From Alphaproteobacteria bacterium (GTDB taxonomy: Bacteria; Pseudomonadota; Alphaproteobacteria; RF32; CAG-239), in assembly GCA_045593845.1 (NCBI GenBank), contig JAZNXK010000004.1, forward strand, positions 78,296 through 142,295: DNA of 64,000 nt. Direction: 5' to 3'. Of the stretch, positions 57,464 through 64,000 are shown piece after piece; position 1 is the first letter of the stretch, and each line of letters starts with the position of its first letter. A model generated the notes under the pieces. The model saw nothing but the letters and a program-made list of their open reading frames with translations, made no database searches and had not been told where the DNA came from. Position numbers and translations under genes: made by a program.

Positions 57464-57659
57464 CTCCTTCTCCCACAAAAAAAGGAGCCTAAAAGCTCCC
57501 ATCAAAAATTCAAACCAAACAACCTTATCACGCAAAAAAACAAGAGGCGGCATCTCATCGACCCACCTCTCGCATTATGGAAAAAAATATAACACAGAAT
57601 GACAGAAAAGTCAATTTTAGATTGTTCACCCTGTGGATAACTTTTTTACCTCCCTTATT

Positions 57660-57956
57660 CTACCGATAATATCGCGGCATATTTAACTCATCATACAAAG
57701 TTTGTTTTTGCAACTTTATAATCTCTCTGCGCATAATCGATTCGTCTTTCTCCAAATCTGCCAATAAAATTGTCTCACGGCAACAGGTTTCATAACGACG
57801 CAACAAAATATTTACCCCACACAAAATGCAATAAACATAAAAGAAACTATCGCCGGCAGCATTTGCCCTCACCATCATATCCGTAATATTTTGCAGACAA
57901 TCTCTGATAATTTGCGGCGACACCCTCTGATTATCAGATATAATTAGTTTAATCAT
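57660..57956 (-). CDS. small phage early-region protein (98 aa)
   Basis: ORF with an RBS. No family recognised. Confidence 0.5.
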   Translation of the reverse strand: MIKLIISDNQRVSPQIIRDCLQNITDMMVRANAAGDSFFYVYCILCGVNILLRRYETCCRETILLADLEKDESIMRREIIKLQKQTLYDELNMPRYYR

Positions 57957-58043
57957 ATTAAGTCTCCTTTTTCATAATCATACTTTACAACTTAAAATAA
58001 TAAAATTTAATTTTATCTATTATTAACAGAAAATTGTATTTTA

Positions 58044-58544
58044 CTATTTTAGGCAACCTTTAGTTGTTTTAAGTCCGCAATAATATTCTATCAACCGATC
58101 CAATCCTCGACACAAATCGCAATAAAGCAAATATGCCTGTTCCGAACGCCGCCTCAAAGGCATATCCTCATCAAACTCCGGCAACTTATTTTCAATACAC
58201 ACCAAACGCACAATCGGCCAAAATTCATGCGGCACAACTTTTGCCGCCATCAAATACGGTTGTTGCTTTTGCATAATGATATCAACAGTTTGATTTTTTA
58301 TACTCCCGTCAATCCTGACATCTCTCCATACCGAAGACAAAAGTCCGGCATTAGCCCTCGCCCAATCACCGGCCAAACGATTACCGGCCGCATATCGCTC
58401 CGATGCCATATATTTCTTGTCGCCCAAATCAAGTCTTCCCTTTGTATAGAGCTTCTCCAATGCCGAAAATTTATACACCCCTTTTTTAGTTTTTATAAAT
58501 CCGGAATTTATACATTCTTTCTTGCTCACATATATTTCTTTCAT
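58044..58544 (-). CDS. phage early-region protein (166 aa)
   Basis: GGAGG RBS before the ATG at 58544. Divergent from the repressor gene. Confidence 0.55.
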   Translation of the reverse strand: MKEIYVSKKECINSGFIKTKKGVYKFSALEKLYTKGRLDLGDKKYMASERYAAGNRLAGDWARANAGLLSSVWRDVRIDGSIKNQTVDIIMQKQQPYLMAAKVVPHEFWPIVRLVCIENKLPEFDEDMPLRRRSEQAYLLYCDLCRGLDRLIEYYCGLKTTKGCLK

Positions 58545-58700
58545 ATTAGCACCTCCATACAAAAAATACATTTACTGTATTTTAAGTCAATACATTTTTT
58601 GTAACAATGTGGATTTTTTGCTATATTTGCAACATTGGCTTGATTTTATGATAAAATTATTATATCAATAAATTAGAGTATTACATATTTGGTAAAAAAC

Positions 58701-59372
58701 ATGAATGAACAAAAATGGAAATGGCTTCGCGATTATATGCAGAAGCATGGCATAAATCAGCAACAGGTTGCCGAGGCTTTACAATGGAAAAAACCTAGAG
58801 TTTCGGAACTTTTGGCCGGAAAAAGAGACCTCCCTGTCACCAAAGTTTTTTTGGCGGCACGTTTTTTTAACCTCGACCTTGAAGAACTGACAAAATACAA
58901 TACAGGTCTTTCAAACAAGGTTCCTTCTTACAAAGGACAACTTCCGGCACATAACAAAACAAACGATATTTCATATATTGATGTCATAGATTCGGCAAAT
59001 ATCAAGGGAAAATCGTTAAAAAATACCGTTATTGACCAAGTTCCATTCAGTAACGCACTTGCCAAACAACTAAATCTGCCGAGCACACTATCCCTAAAAA
59101 TCATTATCGCCAGCGGAGATGCCATGAGCCCGACAATCAATGACCGCGATATAGTATTGGTTGACACCTCGGTAAACACACCGCAAAATAACGGATTATA
59201 TCTGTTCAATATCCAAGATGAATTGTTTATCAAACGATTATCACTGGATAAGTTTTCCGGCAGTGCTGATATCATTTCGGACAATAAACTCTACCCCATA
59301 ATCAAGATAAACAACATCAAAAAACTTTCCTGTCTTGGCAAAATAGTTTACGTTTGCAAACATTTTGCATGA
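58701..59372 (+). CDS. CI/LexA-like repressor (HTH plus S24 peptidase-like domain)
   Basis: N-terminal XRE HTH (INQQQVAEALQWKKPRVSELLAGKR). The C-terminal S24 fold carries ..GDAMSPTI.. and ..LFIKRL.. Confidence 0.8.
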   Translation: MNEQKWKWLRDYMQKHGINQQQVAEALQWKKPRVSELLAGKRDLPVTKVFLAARFFNLDLEELTKYNTGLSNKVPSYKGQLPAHNKTNDISYIDVIDSANIKGKSLKNTVIDQVPFSNALAKQLNLPSTLSLKIIIASGDAMSPTINDRDIVLVDTSVNTPQNNGLYLFNIQDELFIKRLSLDKFSGSADIISDNKLYPIIKINNIKKLSCLGKIVYVCKHFA

Positions 59373-59388
59373 AATTTAATACAAAAAA

Positions 59389-59414
59389 AGCGCCTCACTA
59401 AAGAGGCGCTTTTC
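59389..59414. terminator. bidirectional intrinsic terminator at the right edge of the element
   Basis: Hairpin agcgcctc/gaggcgct flanked by an A-run and a T-run. Confidence 0.7.
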
Positions 59415-59430
59415 TTATGGTTTTGCAATA

Positions 59431-60105
59431 TTAGTATGCAACGTTCAACTCCAACGGAGCCGGAATATCTTTAAGTCTGTTAGCAAAATCAGCCACATCC
59501 TTACCCATATTTACGCCCCAAGGAGTTCCCTCTTTGGTTCCGCCGTGCAAAACAAAACCGCGACGTCCTTCCATAGATGTATCTTGTTCCGGAACCAACC
59601 ATATGCGATAATTACCCCACATAGCATAATTTCCCGGCCATTCACCGCGACCGAACCAACCTTTAATCTTCATCATCAAAGATTGATCATCATAAGATTC
59701 CATCATTTGATTACTTACCAACCATTTTCCGGCAGGAATTCGGCTGTTATCAACACCGTCAGCAGTCAAATATTTTGCAAATTCCTGATTTCTGGTATAA
59801 TTTGGAGCATACATATTGGCAAAAGACAAGAAAGCAACCAAAAGCAACGGTAATAAAACCTTCTTTTGCTCACCTCTCCATCTCCAAGCCATATACATAA
59901 CAACAGCCAATACCAACAAATAAACAATGTTAAACCACATGAAAAATTCCGGAGTTGAATACAATCTTCCCCATTGAGGATATCCCCAATAAAAGAATTT
60001 ATCCATAAGCGATTCCGTAACAAAGCTGTTTGCAATCACAAAAATATAGAATAAATCCCAAATTGCTAAGCAAATAACCAGACCGGCTAATATATTTTTC
60101 TTCAT
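59431..60105 (-). CDS. membrane protein with C-terminal YkuD-like (HGG) domain lacking the Cys
   Basis: Three N-terminal TM segments. The C-terminus RGFVLHGGTKEGTPWGVNMG..LELNVAY aligns with the toxin remnant at 32.5 kb. Confidence 0.55.
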   Translation of the reverse strand: MKKNILAGLVICLAIWDLFYIFVIANSFVTESLMDKFFYWGYPQWGRLYSTPEFFMWFNIVYLLVLAVVMYMAWRWRGEQKKVLLPLLLVAFLSFANMYAPNYTRNQEFAKYLTADGVDNSRIPAGKWLVSNQMMESYDDQSLMMKIKGWFGRGEWPGNYAMWGNYRIWLVPEQDTSMEGRRGFVLHGGTKEGTPWGVNMGKDVADFANRLKDIPAPLELNVAY

Positions 60106-60827
60106 TTATCTATCTCCAAAAAAAAGTACTCATATGCTTTTGCCAGAGCAACGTTGCCGACAACAACCAAAACGGAACCCAAGCCGATATTCAGCCATCC
60201 GTCTGCATTGCTCCAAGCATCAATACGCTCTACCAATAAATAAGCAGAATTAAAAACTATCGTCAATAATAAAAATTTAATATAACAACCTTTTGTGCGT
60301 GAAAACGCCGTTGACAACATGCCACTGCGCCCGATTACCGAGCCAATCCAAGCCATCATGGGGCGATAATAAATCAGTGGAAAAATCAGTGTAAAAATCA
60401 CTATTGTCGCAAAATTTACCGCTTCAGAGTCTTCCATATATTTCTGCAACTCCACCAAATATTTTTCTAACCATTCGGTATAGCCGAACAACAACGGAAC
60501 AATCGGTAACAACAGCAAGATTGTCAAAGCCAAAAGCATCAAAACAAATATTTTTGCCGTCGGCAACAAAGTGTCAAAAATTTTTCTGGTACCGAACAAA
60601 GGTTTGCGACCGAAATAAAAACGGAAAAACACAAACCAATAAATATAATACAAGGCAAGCCACGGCAAAAACAAAACTTCATGCCAACCATCTAAAGCCT
60701 TAAAACCAATCGCAAAAAAAACAGCATTGATAAGCGCAAACAAAGCCATTGACTTAATATTTTTAGAACAATAATCAAACGTGTCGACAAACAGCTTTCC
60801 CAGCAAAAACTTTGAACATGTTGACAT
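60102..60827 (-). CDS. polytopic membrane protein (241 aa)
   Basis: About 6 TM. Translationally coupled to its neighbours. Confidence 0.55.
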   Translation of the reverse strand: MSTCSKFLLGKLFVDTFDYCSKNIKSMALFALINAVFFAIGFKALDGWHEVLFLPWLALYYIYWFVFFRFYFGRKPLFGTRKIFDTLLPTAKIFVLMLLALTILLLLPIVPLLFGYTEWLEKYLVELQKYMEDSEAVNFATIVIFTLIFPLIYYRPMMAWIGSVIGRSGMLSTAFSRTKGCYIKFLLLTIVFNSAYLLVERIDAWSNADGWLNIGLGSVLVVVGNVALAKAYEYFFLEIDK

Positions 60828-60837
60828 ATTTATTCTC

Positions 60838-61794
60838 CTAATTTACCGTATGACTAATCGGATTAAAGCGCAAAAGCATGGTCTTCCACATATCATATTT
60901 CTGCGGATATTTCTCCGCTAAAATATTATACGGCTGACAAACAAAAACCGCTCTTCTTGCACTATCGGCAACCGACCTGAAATGGCTGTCACTGTTATAT
61001 CTCGCCTTGTCCAAAATATCAACCGAACGCACTGTTCCGTCTTGGTTAAGATATGCCCTGACCTCAATAATCATATCTTCAATACCCATTGCTCCGGGAT
61101 CCAAATTCCAACAAGCACGCAATCTTCCGGCAATAGCATCCGCCTCCGATATTGACAAGTCACTAAAATACGACCCACCGACACCGCCGGCAATACCCAT
61201 ATTATTGACCTGTGTTCCGTGCTTTATGGTAGCATTAGCACTTTGTTCACCGAGTTTTTTCTCCATATTATCAACCGATGCCAGCAAATCCTTCAACGGA
61301 TTATCCAAAACCGGCTGACTCTTTTGTTTTTTCGGCTCTTCTTTTTTGGGCTCCGGCTTTTTGGGAGGAGTAGGCTTTTTTGGTTGAATAGAACGGCTCG
61401 GGCGCTTCGGCTCCGGCTTTTTATCCTCTTTTTCGGGCTTACTCGGCTGCGGTGGCACCACAAAATCCTGTTTCGGCTCTACCGGAGTTTCTTCCTCGGG
61501 AGCTGTATCTTCTTTATCGTCTGCATCATCAGGACTAACTTCCTTCGGTCTTTCATCATCTTTAGATTTTTGCTCTTCCATTTTTTCTCTTGTTGCCGGA
61601 GAGTCTTCATCCGCAAACTCTGCTTTGGAGGGCAAATTTGTTATTTCCGAAATTTTTACGTCATTCAAATCTACAATAATCGGCACTTGATCAAGTGTCA
61701 TATTTTTGCGCCACAAAAACGGCAAATCAATCATTACCATCAAGATAACGATTCCATGCAGCGCCAAAGATTTATATAAGGACGAATTTCTCAA
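60838..61794 (-). CDS. tolA: TolA-like cell-envelope integrity protein
   Basis: N-terminal TM, long Pro/Lys/Glu-rich spacer, and a TolA-type C-terminal domain (..RLRACWN.DPG..). Follows tolQ-tolR. Confidence 0.75.
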   Translation of the reverse strand: MRNSSLYKSLALHGIVILMVMIDLPFLWRKNMTLDQVPIIVDLNDVKISEITNLPSKAEFADEDSPATREKMEEQKSKDDERPKEVSPDDADDKEDTAPEEETPVEPKQDFVVPPQPSKPEKEDKKPEPKRPSRSIQPKKPTPPKKPEPKKEEPKKQKSQPVLDNPLKDLLASVDNMEKKLGEQSANATIKHGTQVNNMGIAGGVGGSYFSDLSISEADAIAGRLRACWNLDPGAMGIEDMIIEVRAYLNQDGTVRSVDILDKARYNSDSHFRSVADSARRAVFVCQPYNILAEKYPQKYDMWKTMLLRFNPISHTVN

Positions 61795-61800
61795 TTTCTG

Positions 61801-62244
61801 TTACTTCTTTTTCTCAACATTTTGATTTGGAGCAGGATCGGTTTTCAACCCCACTTTTTCAAAACCGGCATTTTTCAACAACGCCATCAAACCCAAAACT
61901 CTTCCGTATTGTGCCGTTGTATCACCAGAAATAACGACACTGATATCAGGATTAGACTCTCTCACCGCCGAAACTTTTGCCACAATCTGATCGGCAGGAA
62001 TTTCTTCTTTGCCGATATAATAATATCCTTGTTCATCAACACTGATATTCAAACTTGTTTCTTTTCCGGTCAGATTTTTTCCTCCTACCTTCGGCAAATC
62101 TATTGCAATACCCGAAGTCATTAGGGGCGCAGCCACCATAAACACAACCAACAAAACCATCATAACATCCATTAGGTTGGTAATATTTACATCAGCATTA
62201 CGGCGACTGGAGCGACGCGAAGATTTTTGCATAATTTTCGGCAT
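61801..62244 (-). CDS. tolR: TolR/ExbD-family protein
   Basis: INITNLMDVMMVLLVVFM motif, 147 aa. Confidence 0.85.
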   Translation of the reverse strand: MPKIMQKSSRRSSRRNADVNITNLMDVMMVLLVVFMVAAPLMTSGIAIDLPKVGGKNLTGKETSLNISVDEQGYYYIGKEEIPADQIVAKVSAVRESNPDISVVISGDTTAQYGRVLGLMALLKNAGFEKVGLKTDPAPNQNVEKKK

Positions 62245-62987
62245 TATTCACCTGCCATTTCGGCCCTTATGGCTGTATCATCAATTTCTCGCGACAAAAT
62301 ACTTGAAAATTCCGTAGCAAAATTTTCCAATCTGTTGGCATAGCGATCAATATCCGAAGATATTTTGTTATAAGCCACCACCGCAGGAATAGCCGCAATC
62401 AGACCGAAAGCGGTTGTAAACAAAGCCTCGGCAATACCGGGAGCGATCGCCGCCAAAGAATTACTTTGTGTCGCCGCAATCGCATTAAAGCTGTTAATAA
62501 TACCCCAAACAGTTCCAAACAAACCAACCAACGGTGCAACCGAGCCGGTAGAAGCCAAAAATCCCATTCTGGTATCCAAACTGTCAACCTCTTTATCCAT
62601 AGAAACAGCCATGGCTTTTTCAATACGTTGTTGCAGTGAGACACCTCTCAAACCTCTGTCGGTTTTGGATTTCATAATATTGGTGCGTTTCCACTCGCGC
62701 ATAGCAGCCACAAACATTGCCGACATCGGGTCTGCCGGTTTATTACCTATACTCTCATATAGTTTGTCAAGAGAACCTCCCGACCAAAATTTTGACTCAA
62801 AACTGCGCGAACGTTGCTTTACCTCACGTAAAGTGGCAATTTTATCAATGATAATTGCCCACGACCAAATTGATGCCAAAAGCAAACCTATCATTACCAC
62901 TTTGGTAACACTGTCAGAGCTCCAAATCATGCTCCACATAGACATTGAACTGCCGTTGGCAACATCTGCTAAAGTTTGTGTATCCAT
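62244..62987 (-). CDS. tolQ: TolQ/ExbB/MotA-family proton channel
   Basis: Three TM and the GLFGTVWGII / IAPGIAEALFTTAFGL motifs. Start placed at MDTQTLAD. Confidence 0.88.
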   Translation of the reverse strand: MDTQTLADVANGSSMSMWSMIWSSDSVTKVVMIGLLLASIWSWAIIIDKIATLREVKQRSRSFESKFWSGGSLDKLYESIGNKPADPMSAMFVAAMREWKRTNIMKSKTDRGLRGVSLQQRIEKAMAVSMDKEVDSLDTRMGFLASTGSVAPLVGLFGTVWGIINSFNAIAATQSNSLAAIAPGIAEALFTTAFGLIAAIPAVVAYNKISSDIDRYANRLENFATEFSSILSREIDDTAIRAEMAGE

Positions 62988-63233
62988 TTTTACCTCATAA
63001 ATTACACTAAAACGATATTTTGGCACAACATACAACAAAAACCTAAATAATCAATTAATTTTCGCACAAATTCAGCAATATTTTTCATAAAAAAACACTC
63101 TCAAAAACCACACAATTTTGTTGAAAAAAATCACCAAATGTTCTTTCAATTAAACACAAAAAAACGCCGATTTTCCACATAAAAAAGGAAATATCGGCGT
63201 CAACTTTCATTTAAGATAAAAATGTCAATTCAT

Positions 63234-63530
63234 TCAATCTTCTGTAGGATAGCGCAGAGCATATAGCCTAACAAGTGGTGGCTCTTTCAACTTTACAAGT
63301 TCTTTTTGTGCCTCAGTACACAAGGTATAACGATTGATATACAGTTCAATAAGTGAAATATACCCAAGTTTAACAAACTCTGTTTCCGCTTGCGCCCCAA
63401 AATAACTGAGGTTAATATCTCGGCTTATGTATTGCCTGATAAGCTCCATGTCAGCAGATTTCACCAGCTTCACCTGCTCTTCTTCAGACAACCGCTCTCA
63501 GGCTCTGATTTTTTGTTTTATTTTTTCCAT
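63234..63530 (-). pseudogene. small helical-repeat protein gene, copy 1, interrupted by an in-frame TGA at codon 11
   Basis: MEKIKQKIRA-stop-ERLSEEEQVKLVK.. The paralog 63658..63900 has GGA at the position of the TGA. Confidence 0.5.
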
Positions 63531-63657
63531 AATGATATTTTTTAATAATAAATTTCAGCGTCACAATAAAAACATATTTCTTAAACTTGTCAAGTTCTTA
63601 AAACCTGCAAAAAAAATGCCGGCTTTTTCCATAACAGAAAACGTCGGCGTTAATTTT

Positions 63658-63900
63658 TTATTTGTCTCTGACAGATTCATATGCCATGTAGGCCTCGGGA
63701 TTCATCTGATAACGTTGACAATACAGCTCTATCAACTCAACATCATGAATTTTAACAAGTTCCATCTCAGCCTCAAGACAAAACTTGCAGAACATCAAAT
63801 GATGTTTTATCAACTCTCTGTTGCCGGATTTTACCAGCTTAATTTGTTCATCTTCAGACAACCGCTCTCCTGCTCTGATTTTTTGTTTTATCTTTTCCAT
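63658..63900 (-). CDS. small helical-repeat protein, copy 2 (80 aa)
   Basis: Intact paralog with a repeated E.ELVK....LIELY..RY motif. Confidence 0.55.
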   Translation of the reverse strand: MEKIKQKIRAGERLSEDEQIKLVKSGNRELIKHHLMFCKFCLEAEMELVKIHDVELIELYCQRYQMNPEAYMAYESVRDK

Positions 63901-64000
63901 AATGATATTTTTTTTATAATAATAAATTTTAGTATCACAATAAAAGCATACTTCTCAAATTTGTCAAGTTTTAAACCACAAAAAACGCCGATATTCTTTA

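Larger units (their letters stand above)
31474..59414. mobile_element. podovirus-like prophage, defective prophage or GTA-like element (~28 kb)
   Basis: Contiguous minus-strand late operon: terminases, portal, scaffold, capsid, fibres and lysis genes, plus a divergent CI-like repressor. Boundaries are inferred from gene content; no att repeats were seen. Confidence 0.75.

Noticed and set aside
34366-57492. A family of plus-strand ORFs sharing HLVLKIRYDQLHSCQLHCHRFDTRTAIDTFRKNPS: 34366..34617, 36172..36420, 38314..38520, 39687..39968, 40577..41020, 56189..56374 and 57187..57492.
   Set aside because: They are the antisense translation of the conserved N-terminal module. Their conservation is explained by the minus-strand genes, which have RBSs, ATG starts and continue into recognisable domains.
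57632-57640. A perfect DnaA-box 9-mer (tgtggataa) in the early region of the element.
   Set aside because: It is a single isolated copy, about what chance predicts for 128 kb of two-strand sequence. There is no cluster and no adjacent AT-rich unwinding element typical of an origin.
61219-61779. A 186-aa plus-strand ORF.
   Set aside because: It is antisense to the Pro/Lys/Glu-rich spacer of tolA. The repetitive F/L/R-rich product is a shadow of that low-complexity region.
63498-63500. The in-frame TGA aligned to GGA in the paralog, as a hint of TGA recoding (code 4 or 25).
   Set aside because: TGA clearly functions as a stop elsewhere in the window, for example at 17678..18307, 8471..9805, 41341..41628 and the portal gene. 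Most genes end in TAA. A simple nonsense mutation is more parsimonious.

Overview
Everything here was read by eye, with no database searches or folding, so family names are motif- and context-based. The window is a low-GC (~38%) Gram-negative chromosome segment. lpxA-lpxI-lpxB plus tolQ-tolR-tolA suggest an alphaproteobacterium-like host, but this cannot be verified here. From 1-31.4 kb there are housekeeping and envelope genes. These include the aspS 3' end, tRNA-Gln, a nucleotide-sugar/GT2 cluster with three tandem paralogous polytopic membrane proteins, lpxA/lpxI/lpxB, pta-ackA, MoxR-DUF58-TPR, a UvrD-like helicase and NfeD/SPFH. From 31.5-59.4 kb there is a podovirus-like prophage or GTA-like element, almost entirely on the minus strand. 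It carries a CI/S24-like repressor, small and large terminase, a GroES homologue, portal, scaffold, capsid, several fibre proteins, a SleB-like endolysin and spanins. I see no integrase or replication genes in it. From 59.4-64 kb there are membrane proteins, tolA/tolR/tolQ and tandem small-gene repeats. The outstanding feature is a modular gene family at two loci inside the phage-like element, 31.5-40.9 kb and 56.15-57.5 kb. About ten copies or remnants share one N-terminal module (MDFFGKYQSPFGYQNGDNGVDSYGVDHSGFSTQDELQ...), near-identical at nucleotide level, fused to unrelated C-terminal domains. Those domains are serum-amyloid-A-like (x2), GH108 lysozyme plus PG-binding, glycine-zipper, Gly-rich unknown, a KHGV-type unknown domain (x2) and a YkuD/Tlde1-like remnant. 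Each is followed by a small membrane or secreted protein, or, for the KHGV type, by a convergent promoter-to-terminator small-RNA-like element. Truncated stubs, orphan cassettes and frameshifted copies are also present. I read this as a polymorphic toxin/immunity (bacteriocin-like) system inserted in the phage lysis cassette, with an N-terminal trafficking module I do not recognise from described systems.
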